In this document: in pieces, positions 12,401 to 26,074 of the stretch
Layout: each line of letters opens with the position of its first letter
Numbering within the stretch: position 1 is the stretch's first letter
Assembly (NCBI RefSeq): GCF_006345805.1
Contig: NC_043008.1
Span: forward strand, 21,018,001-21,082,000
Direction of reading: 5' to 3'
Length of the DNA: 64,000 bases
Source: Octopus sinensis
Lineage: Eukaryota
Position numbers and translations under genes: made by a program
Notes under the pieces: generated by a model
Databases searched by the model: none
Told to the model about the DNA's origin: nothing
The model's input: the letters and a program-made list of their open reading frames with translations, nothing else

Positions 12401-14227
12401 TTACAAGTTATCTTAACTGTGGCAACGAAGTGGCAGAGCATTAAGGTGTTGGATAAACTGTATTTATTCCAAATTTATGAGATCAAACCCTGCTAAACTT
12501 AATGCTATCTTTTATCCTTTTAGGGTCAATGAATTAACTACTAGACTCGCGAGACGGATTAGCTGGACTGTTACAGTATCGAACGAGGATCTATTCCATC
12601 TCAATCACAGATTTTTTATTTAATTTTTTTTTTTTTAGCTAAACAGTTTGGAACTTCGAATCATGGTAGAATTTCTCACGTAGAACACGGTTTACTCTGA
12701 ACGTTTTTGACAAAATTTCGTATTTCAGAAGTTATTTCGTGTTAAAGTTGTCGTATTTTGATAATTTCAACCAATCAACGACGTGTATCCGGTTGAAGAA
12801 AGCTACTGCTGTTTGCGATAGTAATCGAAGAGGAACAACTTCCGGGTCATCTCTACTAAATGTCATCACTCTGTTCGAAAAATCAACACCATAGAGCAAC
12901 GAGTCCGCAGATAGCCTTTTTGTTGTTGACATATATGTAGTTTCAAAAATGCCTTATTTTACAGCTATGAGATGTATTATTATTGTCATTATTTTATCTT
13001 ACTATAATCAACATTTCGTCAATATAAAAGTTTTTATTAGATTTTAAAAAATAGCATTATCAAAACATGATAATTAAGTTTGTGATTAATTTGTATTTCT
13101 GTGATATCTTTATTACTAAGATAGAATCTGGAATTTTCGTTTTACGCTTTTAAAGTGAGGATCAGTCTAGATTTACTACGGCACACCTGTGGTCGATGCA
13201 CTGTACGTTCTGGAATTATCACTCAAAGTAGTTCCCACAATTATGATACCTTGCACCAAACAAACTCCTATGAAGAAGGAACCACTGGCTATACTTGTGA
13301 ATTAGCCAGTGAGATTTCTGCTATATATCATACATTGCACATGCGATAAGCTGGAATAACTGATAATTAGTGGATGGTAGTTTTTCCATAGCTGGTTGAC
13401 CACAAATTTCTCTTCGTCTATTGTTGACGGAGCTCAACGGACTAAATTTGTCATATACGATAACAGCCAGTCTGGAAACGGCAGGTAAGGGTAAAAATAA
13501 AAGGTAAAAAGAAGGTGAAGACCCCCTTTCGTCACGAATGACCATAGGATTGAACCTAGAAAGTTCCCCTCCAAGGCACAAGTCCAGGAAAGGTTGTATG
13601 TGGAAGGTCAGCTGTCGCCCATGCATACCAGCAAAGGAAAAGGCCGATACAGCTTGGAACCAGTGACGTCACAACTCATTTCTACAGCTGAGCGAACTGG
13701 AGCAACGTGAAATAAAATGTCTTGCTCAAGAACACAACACGCAGCCCGGTCCGGGAATCGAACTCACAACCCCCTAATTGTAAGCCCGATACTCTAAGCG
13801 CCGAACCAACATGCAGGATAACAGATGGGGAGTATGTGCCTAAAAGGTCTTTTGTGTTGGAAGATCCTGCTCGCGGTGCTGAGAGCAATGACAGACATAT
13901 ACTTTTGCTATATACAGCTAAAATTAAGCAATGTTTCATGAATACAATACAATATACATTTACTCTGTTTTTACGAATTTCCTGGCTGCTTATATACAAA
14001 ACAGTGAAATATATGCTAATTTCTAAAACAAACAATGTTTTATGTATTTAAAAAAAAAATTATATAAAACAAATTTCTCATTTGTATATTTACAATAAGT
14101 ATATGTTGTCACTAACACTAACACCGTTTAACGATCAATTAATTACAGCTGTAACATATTGATGTATTTCGTATTAGATAGCTTGATATTTTTAGTGTGA
14201 TTAAGCAAATAATAACGATTATTATTA

Positions 14228-14260
<33 letters not shown>

Positions 14261-14359
14261 TATTATTATTATTATTATTGATATTTCTAATACACGATTA
14301 CTTTCTATTTGTTTATCTATTTTTATTATATATACATACATATATATATATATACATAT

Positions 14360-14658
<299 letters not shown>

Positions 14659-15247
14659 ATTATTATTATTATTATTATATTATTATTATTATTAGTTTAG
14701 ATGAAGTCTTTTTATAGTAAAGTTGACTCTTGGTATTTTTGTCATTCAGTTGTAAAAATCAACTTTTTTTTTTATCCAGCTTTTTTTGTTTTTTCTCTGG
14801 TAATTAGCAAAGTAAAAACTTATAATTTTACTCACTGAAATACAAATTCGACATCCATCATGCCGTCTTGCTCATAAATAATTAATGTTTAGAAACGAAC
14901 AAATTAAAATAGCTGTCTGCGATTCTTTTAGACAAATACAATAAAACTCTGCAACAACAAATTTGAAAATAGTAAAAAAATCACAAGCGCGTGGGTGGGG
15001 GGAGGGAAATTGATGGAAGAAGAGATGATGATGATGAGAAGGGTAAGAGGGTAGGGTAAGAGAGGAGGAGTATGTAGGAAGAGAAGAGAGGAGGCGGGGA
15101 TAGGAGGGAAGAGGGAGAAAGGAAGAGGAGTGAAGGAGTACGTAGAAAGAGAAGAGGGGAAGGTGAGAGGGAGAGAGATGAGAGGAGGAGGAAGAGGAGA
15201 GGAGGAGGAAGAAGAGAGGTGGAGGAAGAGAATTTATGCTATGATAC

Positions 15248-15699
15248 GGATCTTTTCGGTTTGAACGGCAGTTTTTTCTAGCGGTATCATATGAAATTGA
15301 CACCCATAATTATGACCCTAGTATCGATCTATTGTATTTCTATCTGTTTTAGGGTTAGGGTTAGTGTTAGTTAGGGTTAGGGTTAGGGTTAGGGTTAGGG
15401 GTGGTGGGAAGGGTATCTTTTTTTCTTCCCAAATGTAAATAAACCCAATCTGTTTCTTAAACGAGGGACATATTCATACGGCACAGAATGTTTTCACCTC
15501 AATATACGGTCATTGATTGGTTGAAATTGCAGAAATTGAAGAAAAAAAAACGACAAATATCTTACAAACTATAGAATTTTCTCAATAAAGCCAAGAGAAA
15601 AAGATGTTTTATAAACACATTCTACCAGAATACGAAGTTTAAAATTTTTTAGTTACCTAGAAATTATGTTAAAAACTGCCGTCCAAACCGAAAGGATCC
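15248..15699. mobile_element. GGATC-TIR MITE with (TTAGGG)n
   Basis: Exact 8-bp TSD tatgatac. Confidence 0.9.
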
Positions 15700-16239
15700 T
15701 ATGATACTAACTAACGGGACCCGTGGAAATTACACGTTTTATAAATGCTGTTATTTTTATTTTGACGCATAAATTTAATGATTTTTCCTAATATTGTTTT
15801 CCTTCCGTTAAAGACATCGATTACATCTCCGTTTTCGTTCCATAGTTCATAGTTGAAAGCATGACACTCAATTATGTCTTGACAAGCAAACAATATTATA
15901 TAAGTTTTCTTATGCAGCAAATATTATGCGACAAATATATATAACAGCATGTATATATTCAATTTTATCTATTGCTAATATACTAAAGTATTGTTGTTGT
16001 GGCAGTGTGTGAACAACACGTCGCTCAAAGTCACTCGTAATTTTGTCAATTTGTTTATTGTGCAATAGTTGTTTAAATGTCGTTAAACATTGTTTAAACC
16101 AACCGGAATACATAGGACTGGTTGGCTTTTTTGTTGTTTCGTGTCTCGTCTGGACTAAAATTTTAGGAGAGGGGATGAGTTGATTACATCCAACCCCGAG
16201 TGTTTGACTACTTCTTATTTTATCGACCACAAAAGGACG

Positions 16240-16520
16240 AAAGAGGAGGAAGAGGAGAGGAAGAGGGGAAAGAGGAGGGAGAGAAGAGGAAGTGGAGAGG
16301 AAGAAGAGAGGAAGTGGAAAAGAAGAGGAGAGGAAGAGGAGAAAGAGAAGAGGAGAGAAAGAGAAGAGGAAGAGGAAGAGGAGAGGAAGAGGGGAAGAGA
16401 AGAGGGAGTGGAGAGGAAGTGGAGAGAAAAGGAAGAGGAGGAAGAGAAGAGAAAGAGGAGAGGGAGAGGAAGAGGAAGGGGATGAAGAGAAGAGGAGGTA
16501 GCTAGAAGGAGGAGGAGTGG
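16240..16520. repeat. GA-rich polypurine tract (another at 14990-15230; CT/CA tract at 17705-18215)
   Basis: Directly visible. Confidence 0.92.
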
Positions 16521-16700
16521 ACGACAGGCAAAGTCGACCTCGGTGGAATTGCCGCCGAGATCAAAATGTCGGACAAAATGCTGCTAGCGTTGAGGATTTT
16601 GCCTGACGTGCTAACGATTCTGCCAGATGGCTGTCTTATATTGACCCTAATTTTCACTTTTTATATTTCCACACTTTTGGGGTAGGTTAGATTTTACATA

Positions 16701-17101
16701 TCTATATATATAAAGCTGAAGTTGTCTGTGTGTATGTGGCAGGTTTGGCAGCCTTCGACTAACACCATCTCCTCCTAGACACTGCGGTGCAAGTCGACCA
16801 AAATTGAGAGTATGATAGAAGAAGGCTTGCTCTTCCTTCCGTGGAAGAAAAAATTCAAATCGGACCATGTTAACACCAAAAATTATTTACATCAAAAAGG
16901 TGCTTTTTTTCTATGAAAATCCCTATTTTTTACGATTTTTTGACTGCTGTGTCGCCATTTTTCGGTGTATTTCGATCAGAAAAATGTTCCCTTAAAGAGA
17001 ATAACAAGCTACGTAATGCAAAATTTTTACTTTTCAAAAACTCCAATTCTAAAGGGTGGAAAAGAAAACAAACCCGAGCAACGCCGGGGCTATACTGCTA
17101 G
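16701..17101 (+). mobile_element. Non-autonomous Helitron, family 1
   Basis: 5' TC, subterminal hairpin CCCG-agcaacgc-CGGG, 3' CTAG, inserted between A and T, no TSD. Confidence 0.85.
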
Positions 17102-17860
17102 TTTACATAATATATACATAACCGAATGCATGTATTTTTCTCCATTCAATATTCCGCTTGTTATCGAAATAAAGTAAAGCTGTGATTTTCACACCAATAT
17201 TTTCTTTTTAAATTTATTTGGTTCGGTACACCTTCGTTTCTATTTATCTCTTCTTTTTTTGTTGTTATAATTTTGTTTCTTTCTTCTGCTAATTTAATCA
17301 AACCAAGCCAGACATATTCTGATACAATTTCAACCGGTTACAAATTTTGGAGTTTTAAAATAATTTTTCTTTCATGTATAACGATGTAGTGCCTGTATTT
17401 ATGTATTCATATATTTATATATATATATACGTGTGTGTGTATATGTGTGTGGATAGAGCTGAGAGAGAGAGAGCGTGTGTGGTGGGGTGAATGGAAGGAG
17501 ACACAGGGCGGTTCATATATAGCAACAGTTTCGTCAGAGACAGTCGCTAACAAGATATCAAATTGCTCTTGTAAGGCGACGGATTTGTAGATTCAGCGCA
17601 GTGCGGTGTTTCTTATGTCTCTCAGTGCACCAGGATCAAATCCCGCCAAAGCCAACGCCGATTTTTATGCATTTGGGGTAAAATTAAGTACCAATCAAAG
17701 AGTGAGAGTACCTTCTCTCTCACACACTCTCTCTCTCTTTTTCCCTCACCCCTTCCTCTCTCTATTTTCTCCACTCCTTCCCGTCTCTCTCACTCTCACT
17801 CTTTCTCCCCACCCCTTCCTTTCTCTTTCCCTTCTCTCTCCTCATCTCTCTACGCTTTTT

Positions 17861-17891
<31 letters not shown>

Positions 17892-18500
17892 TACACTCTC
17901 TCACACACACACACTCTCACACACATACACTCTCACACACACACACACACACTCTCTCTCTCACACACATACGCTCTCTCACACATACACTCCCTCTCTC
18001 CCTTTCTCTTCTACTCTCCCTCTTTCACACACACTCTCTCTCCTCTCTCTCTCTCACTCCATCTCTCTCCGCCTTCTCTCTCACACACACACACTCTCTT
18101 TCACACACATACTCTATTTCCTCTTCTCTTTCTCCCCGTCTCTTTCACACACTCTCTCTCCTCTCTCCCCCTTCTCCCTGCCTCTTTTCCCTCTCTCTCT
18201 CTCTCATTCCCTCTCACCCTAACTGATAAGTCCTGCATACATAAACATATTTATAAGCATACTGTGGGCCCTCCATGGCCGAACTGTTAAAAAATTACGC
18301 TTCGAAATCTTGTAGGCTCGTTTTTAATCTCACCGCGGGGCATCTTAGTCAAGGGTCTGGTACTACGACCTCGGGTTGACCCAAACCTTGCAAACGAAAT
18401 TGGTCTAAGAGAGACCGGGTTCAATCTCGTCGGATGTACTATAAATATAATTCTCGAATGGATTATCCCTGCAATTCAAAAGTCTGTCTTTGTTATTCGC

Positions 18501-18583
18501 TGAGTCACATCGAGTCACACCGAGTCGCGGTGAACCGCGCCGACCTACGCAAAGTCACGCTGAGTCACACTGAGTCACGCTGA
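18501..18583. repeat. 10-bp-period degenerate array containing AP-1 motifs (TGAGTCA)
   Basis: TGAGTCA at 18501, 18561 and 18571; variants at 18511, 18521 and 18551. Confidence 0.75.
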
Positions 18584-18901
18584 TTTTTTTATGTATTACA
18601 GTAACCGTACATGTATCTGCGGAATACTCAACCATTTACGGGTTGCTTCAATGAACAGTTTAGACAGCTGATCGAACAAATGACACATCGTCGAAAGCGA
18701 CAGAGAACCATTTACTTTTATTCATACGTATAAAACATAGCTGGAACAAACAACATTTGGTTAGTATCACCAACTTTTCCTTAAACCTCGTTATTAGTTA
18801 CTGAAGAGCTAGTTGGATGTTCCTGGAAGTCTTGTAGCATTTTTTGTAGTAATTCCATACCATATTTGAGGTAATTTAAAAATTTTTATAAGCAAACTTA
18901 T

Positions 18902-19081
18902 AGGCGCAGGAGTGGCTGTGTGGTAAGTAGCTTGCTTACGAACCCCATAGTTCCAGGTTCAGTCCCACTGCGTGGCACCTTGGGCAAGTGTCTTCTACTA
19001 TAGCTTCGGGCCGACCAAAGACTTGTGAGTGGATTTGGTAGACGGAAACTGAAAGAAATCCGTCGTATATATGTATATATT

Positions 19082-19115
<34 letters not shown>

Positions 19116-19345
19116 ATATATATGTATGTATGTGTGTGTGCGTATGTTTGTGTGTCTGTGTTTGTCCCCCATCGCTGGTGTGTTTACATCCCCGTAACTT
19201 AGCCGTTCGGCAAAAGAGCCTGATAGAGTAAGTACTAGGCTTACAAAGAATAAGTCCTGGGGTCGATTTGCTCGACCAAAGGTGGTGCTCCAGCATGGCC
19301 ACAGTCAAATGACTGAAACAAGTAAAAGAGTAAAAGAATAAACTG
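18902..19345 (+). mobile_element. SINE family A (tRNA-like head GGCGCAGGAGTGGCTGTGTGG, central microsatellite slot, GAGTAAAA tail)
   Basis: Representative full copy. Other copies at about 1-346(-), 19394-20010, 23585-23900, 25085-25470(-), 27390-28035, 28410-28800(-), 38035-38365, 40377-40772, 43420-44195(-), 45995-46325, 49460-49885, 54936-55370, 56337-56750, 58691-59095 and 60057-60455. Confidence 0.88.
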
Positions 19346-19545
19346 TAGAAGACTGTTCCTGGAATGAAACTGCCAAAAGATAAAATGAAGACAGGCGCAG
19401 GAGTGGCTGTGTGGTAAGTAGCTTGCTTACCAACCACATAGTTCCGGGTTCAGTCCTGCTGCGTGGCACCTTCGGTAAGCGTCTTCTACTACAGCTTCGG
19501 TCCGACCAAAGCGTTGTGAGTGGATTTGGTAGACGGAAACTGAAA

Positions 19546-19776
19546 GGCGGCGAGCTGGCAGAAACGTTAGCACGCCGGGCGAAATGCTTAGCGGTATTTC
19601 GGCTGCCGCTACGTTCTGAGTTCAAATTCCGCTGAAGTCGACTTTGCCTTTCATCCTTTCGGGGTCGATAAATTAAGTACCAGTTACGCACTGGAGTCGA
19701 TATAATCGACTTAATCCCTTTGTCTATCCTTGTTTGTCCCTTCTATGTTTAGCTCCTTGTGGGCAATAAACAAATA
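19546..19776 (+). mobile_element. SINE family B nested in a family A copy
   Basis: 11-bp TSD ggaaactgaaa at 19535-19545 and 19777-19787. Confidence 0.9.
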
Positions 19777-20849
19777 GGAAACTGAAAGAAGCCCGTCGTA
19801 TGTGTGTGCGCGCACGCGCATGTATATGTTTGTGTGTATATGTTTGTGTATATGTTTGTGTGTCTCCTAATCATCGCAAAAGAGACCGATAGAATAAGTA
19901 CTAGGTTTACAAAGAATAAGTCCTGGAGTCGATTTGTTCGACTAAAAAGGCGGTGCTCCAGCCTAGCCGCAGTCAAATGACTGAAACAAATAAAAGAATA
20001 ATAAAGAATAAAAGAATAATAAATTTCTAAAATACCAAAACTCAGGACAATTAAATTAGTTCAGAATAGGAAATTATATTTATGTCGGAAGCATTAGTAT
20101 TTTGAATTATATTCAATATTAGACATCATATAATATTACATATCAATTTTAGATAGAAGAGAGCTCTTTACTGTCTCATAATGTTAATTATCGTATGTAG
20201 TTCCACTTTACGCTGACAATCTCAGAAGTTAATTTATTTGGTGTCACAATAGAATAATGGTGATTTCATATTTTGGCACAAGGACGGCAATTTCAGGACA
20301 GTGAGTAAGTCGCTTACATCGGCCCCAGACCTCAACTGGTATTTATTTTATGGAGCACGAAAGGATGAAAGGCAAAGTCGACCTCGGTGAAATTTGAACT
20401 CAGAAAAAAAAGACGGACGAAATACCTATTTCTATTTCTTTACTACCCACAAGGGGCTAAACACAGAAGAGACAAACAAGGACAGACAAACGGATTAAGT
20501 CGATTATATCGACCCCAGTGCGTAACTGGTACTTAATTTATCGACCCCGAAAGAATGAAAGGCAAAGTCGACCTCGGCGGAATTTGAACTAAGAACGTAA
20601 CGGCAGATGAAATACCTATTTCTTTACTACCCACAAGGGGCTAAATACAGAGGGGACAAACAAGGACAGACAAACGGATTAAGTTGATTACATCGACCCC
20701 AATGTGTAACTGGAATTTAATTTATCGACCCCGAAAGGATGAAAGGTAAAGTCGACCTCGGCGGAATTTGAACTCAGAACGTAACGGCAGACGAAATACC
20801 GCTAAGCATTTTTACCGGCGTTGCTAACGATTCTGCCAGCTCGCCGCCT

Positions 20850-22080
20850 TCCAATTGAATAGTATTGAATGGGTATTAGTGGCACGGTTGTATGGTGACG
20901 GACTGAAGAAGGCACAACCTCGAATCCGTCCACTCTATATCCTTGCACAGAACTCATCTTAACAGTTGGCTCTCCCATTTCGCTTGCAAGACCAAACCGT
21001 ACAAATACCAAACCACCTGTAGTTTAGTATTTCTTCGTCGTCCTCAGATGATTCCAACTCGTATCATATTACCAGATATTGTAGTCACTTTTTGTCTCAT
21101 GACTTACCAACCACTCTCTGATGCTGAGCTCTCAACCCTTAGCTGGTATCTTTATGTCATCCCTCGCAAATGCAAGGGAGACGAGTTCCAGACAAGCATC
21201 GAACCCGAAAGATTCCATCAACGTCCCCAGCTGAAGGCTTACTTTCTTTGTCATTTCATCAACAATGATGATTCTCCTGGTTTCAAACTGTTTCTCGGAA
21301 CTCGAGCATAACTGTTCCAAGAGGACACGTAATTCTTTTAAACTTGGAACAGCACAATTCTTTGGATAAGTTCCTATGACATATTAAAGGGATGAAAATC
21401 ATTTCGACTTAATTAAAAAAAAAAAGACGACAGATGTTACGTTAACACCGTTTCTCTGGAGTTCATCACTCTCCGCTACTGCAGTGACTCTATGATCAAA
21501 CCGGCTTATTAAGGTAGAGCAGATGTGATTAACGAGCTGATCCCTTTAGGGAGGGAGTCCTTCATTAACTTAATGACCTCTAGTTCAAAACAGAAATTTC
21601 CCAGTGATGATACACTTACATACGAAAACCTAGTCTCTACCACGGTACGCCAACACATCTTTCCATTTTCGTCTACTGACATCAGCCTCATACTCGAAAC
21701 ACATTATACTCTCTATCCTCATATTCTTCCTCCTCTAAATCCTTAATCTCAACACTCCCGATTCTTCCCTTTTTCTCTACCTATAGTTTTTTTTTCCACG
21801 GACCCTATTAATCTGTAGCTACTTTGACCAACTTGTATCTCCGTGCATTGCTATTCGTCCACCTTACATTAAGGACACAAACCCCGCACTCCGTCTCTTC
21901 GCTTCTAGGCCTGTTAAACCCTATTCCCTGCGAACCTTTATACACCATCATCCCCCAAGATGAAAGCTTCCGTGTCTCAAATACTTTCTTGATAGCTGCA
22001 TCACGCTTGGCCCTCGCTCTTCCACCTTTCTCCCCCTCACTGAACACGTCTTCTTCTATAGTTTCAAATGTTTGCACAAG
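20850..22080 (+). mobile_element. Degenerate Penelope-like element, N-terminal and RT coding region
   Basis: Frameshifted matches to PLE motifs: LSDAELSTLS..., DEFQTSIEPERFHQRPQLKAYF, IKPAY*GRADV (IKPADKG), YIKDT, LYTIIP. Confidence 0.8.
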
Positions 22081-22526
22081 ACCAACAATTTCAGGGGATG
22101 AAGTAAATCAATTACATCGACCCCACTGCTCAGCTACTACTTATTTTGTCGGCCCCGAAAGGATGAAAGGCAAAGTCGACCTCGGCGCAATTTGAACTCA
22201 GAACCCGAAGACAGTTGAAATTCTACAAAGCATTTTGTCCAGCGTGCTAACGATTCTGCCAGCTCGCTGTCTTAACGTTATTAATGATATTGGTTTAAAA
22301 TTTTGGCGGAAGGTCAGCAATCTGGGGGAAAGGAATAAGTCAATTACATTGACCCCAGTGTTCAACTGGTACTTATTTTGTCGACCCAGATAGGAAGAAA
22401 GGTGTAGTCGATCCTAATGGCAATTAAACTCGTAATGTAAAGTCAGAAGACGTGCCGAAGAAATGCCGCTTAGCACGTTTCCGGTGCGGTAACGATTCTA
22501 CCAGCACGCCGCCTTAAAACTATATT

Positions 22527-22916
22527 TCTATATATATAAAGCTGAAGTTGTCTGCGTGTGGCAGGTTTGGTAGCCTTCAACTAACACCATCTCCTCCAAG
22601 ACCCTGGGGCACAAGTTGACCAAAATTGAGAGTATGATAGAAGAAGGCTGGCTCTTCCTTCCGTAGAAGAAAAAGTTCAAATCGGACCATGTTAACACCA
22701 AAAATTATTTACATCAAAAAGGTGCTTTTTTTCTATGAAAATCCCTATTTTTTACGATTTTTTTACTGCTGTGTCGCCATTTTTCGATGTATTTCAACCA
22801 GAAAAATGTTCACTTAAAGAGAATAACAAGCTACATAATGCAAAATTTTTACTTTTCAAAAATTCCTATTCTAAAGGGTCGAAACAAACCCGAGCAACGC
22901 CGGGCGATACTGCTAG
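22527..22916 (+). mobile_element. Non-autonomous Helitron, family 1
   Basis: Near-identical to 16701-17101; ends cccgagcaacgccgggcgatactgCTAG. Confidence 0.85.
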
Positions 22917-24303
22917 TTAAGGATATAAATAATCGTTTTAGTTAGTCCGTAGTTATATTATCAAGCTTTATTCTTCCCATACTGCTATAAAGACACCTTA
23001 CGGCGATACAGATTTTCAAGGATACAACGTCAATACATCTAATTAAACATGCAAACTTGTCAGCAGGTGCGTTTGAAAATGGAATTCCTTTCAAATTGGG
23101 TTTTTTAGGACTAAATATTTTGATGATTTTTTTTATCAGTTGCAGCTGAAAGCTGTGGCCACGCTGGGGCACCTGGCAGAATCGTTAGCACGCTGGACGA
23201 AATGCTTAGCAGTATTTCGTCTGTCATTACGTTCTAAGTTCAAATTCCACAGAGGTCGACTTTGCCTTTCATCCTTACGAAGTCGATAAATTAAGTACCA
23301 GTTGCGTACTGGGATCGATCTAATCGATTGGCCCTCTCCCACCAAATTTCAGGCCTAGTGCCTATAGTAGAAAGGGATTATTGAGAACCTCCTCCGATAT
23401 GTGGCATTTGGTGAATAAGGGATGAATATAATGAACATAATTTGGAATTTGGTTTCTGTTCTGAAAACAAACATATTAATATCTTAAAATTACGAGTTAA
23501 CAATAAATTTATTTATGTATAATTAATTATTCATTTTTATTTATTTTCGTATAATTAGTTATTTATTCTTATTTATTAACATTTAGGCGCAGGAGTGGCT
23601 GTGTGGTAAGTAACTTGCTTACTAACCACATGGTTCCGGGTTCAGTTCCACTGCGTGGCACCTTGGGCAAGTGTCTTCTCGGGCCGACCAAAGCCTTGTG
23701 AGTGGATTTGGTAGACGGAAACTGAAAGAAGCCCGTCGTATATATGTATATACATATATGTGTGTATGTGTGTCTGTGTTTGTCTCTCCCACAAACATCG
23801 CTTGACAACCGATGCTGGTGTGTTTACGTCCCCGTCACCTAGCGGTTCGGCAAAAGAGACCGATAGAATAAGTACCAGGCTTACAAAGAATAAGTCCTGG
23901 GGGTCGATTTGTCTGTCCTTGTTTGTCCCCTCTATGTTTAGCCCCCTTGTGGACAATAAAGAAATAAGAATAGACATCTTCACTGCTACCTAAAACACTT
24001 CTTTCGTCCAATAGAAGGCACAACCTTCTTTTCTCTCCCCATTGCTAGATCTTGAAACAAGCTACAGAAAATACGGTTTATGGGCCTTACAATCTGTAGG
24101 AACCTCAGAATAATGGAAGGAAGTAAATGCTTTCAGTGTCTGTGAGATCTTTTGGTGTATATTTTAAATAAAAGTCCACGGGTTTTACACAGCTCAGATA
24201 AGTACTTCTCAAACTGGGTTCCATGAACAATTTTAAAGTTTCTTGAGATAAAGTGTCTGTTAATAAAAATGTATTACATACATACATACATATGTGTAAT
24301 ATA

Positions 24304-24338
<35 letters not shown>

Positions 24339-24339
24339 C

Positions 24340-24560
24340 TCAAAATAAGCAACAAGAATGACTCCGGTAATTTGGTACGATCGTTTCGTACTACATCATT
24401 TGGTATGAAACGATCGTACCAAATTACCGGAGTCATTCTTGTTGCTTATTTTGATTATAATCACCCCACGGATTTTTATGGATAACACCATACAGAATTC
24501 TGGTGCATCTAAATTAAGTACCATATTCATTTGAATCTAAATTTTTGCTGAACTTAGATA
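24340..24560. mobile_element. Penelope-like terminal repeat fragment with perfect 48-bp inverted duplication
   Basis: Arms 24340-24387 and 24407-24454 are exact reverse complements. The right arm contains a GAAAC-GATC-GTA hammerhead stem III remnant. Confidence 0.6.
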
Positions 24561-25644
24561 TATATATACACAAGACCCCCTTCTGTCATGAATGACCATG
24601 GGACTGCATCTAGAAAGTTACCTTCTGATGTACAAGTCCGGACAAGGTTGTTTAATGGAAGACCAGTAGTCACCCATGCATACCGGACTCCCCTCTGCAT
24701 CCCACCAATGTTATTCAATGGAAAGGCAAAGGGGCCGATACAGCTTGGCACCAGTGACATCGCAACTCATTTCTACAGCTGTATGAACTGGAGCAACGTG
24801 AAATAAAGTGTCTTGCTCAAGAACACAACACGCAACCCGGTCCGAGAATCGAACTCACTCCCTTATGATCGCGAGCTCGACGCTCTAACCACCGAGTCAC
24901 ACACATACACACAATATTATTAGTCCTTGTATATCATACCTAACGTAAAAATTTACTGCGCCATTTGTCCGAAGATATCTCTTATGGACATACTATTATT
25001 TACGGACGAATAACATAAATTTGTCTTTTTCATGAGATGTCTACGTTAAGTATGATACCCAGCTGGCTATTGTAATCTAACACCACTTCTGTTGTATATA
25101 CTCTTTTACTTTTACTTGTTTCAGTCATTTGACTGCGGCCATGCTGGAGCACCGTCTTTAGTCCAACAAATCGACCCCAGGACTTATTCTTTGTAAGTCT
25201 AGTACTTATTCTATTGGTCTCTTTTGCCGAACCGCTAGGTTACGGGGCCGTAAACACACCACCATCGGTTGTTAAACGATGTTGGGAGGACAAACACAGA
25301 CACACAAACACACACAGATATATATAGATATATATACATGACGGGCTTCTTTCAGTTTCCGTCTACCAAGTCCACTCACAAGGCTTTGGTCGGCCCGTGG
25401 CTATAGTAGAAGACGCTTGCTCAAGGTACCCCGCAGTGAGACTGAACCCGGAACCATGTGGTTCGTAAATATATACTCGATCTTTATCTTTCAAACATAG
25501 TTTCCCTTAACTTTTTCCACTGAAGTGCGCAACTAATCTTTTATTTATTTATATATATAAATATATTTTTTTTTGTTTTTTGTAATTTCCAGTGCTCCAC
25601 AAAGCCAAAAGGATTCAAATCCGATATATGAGACTTCCTTCGAA

Positions 25645-26074
25645 GGATCTTTTCGGTTTGAACGGCAGTTTTTTCTAGCGGTATCATATGAAATTGTCAC
25701 CTATAATTATGACCCTAGAATCGATCTATTGCATTTCAATCTCTTTTAGGGTTAGGGATAGTTAGAGTTAGGGTTAGTGGTGGGGGAACGGCATCTTTTT
25801 TTTTCAGAAATGTAAATAAACCCAATCTGTTTCTTAAACGAGGGACATATTCATACGGCACAGAATGCTTTTTAACTCAATAGACGTCACTGATTGGTTG
25901 AAATTGCAGAAATTGAAGAAAAAAACAACAAATATCTTACAAACTATAGAATTTTCTCAATAAAGCCAAGAGAAAAAGATGTTTTATAAATACATTCTAC
26001 CAGTATACGAAGTTTAAAGTTTTTTAGTTACCTAGAAATTATGTTAAAAACTGCCGTTCAAACCGAAAAGATCC
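25645..26074. mobile_element. GGATC-TIR MITE with (TTAGGG)-like tract
   Basis: TIRs intact; TSD ccttcgaa/cctttgat (2 mismatches). Confidence 0.87.
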
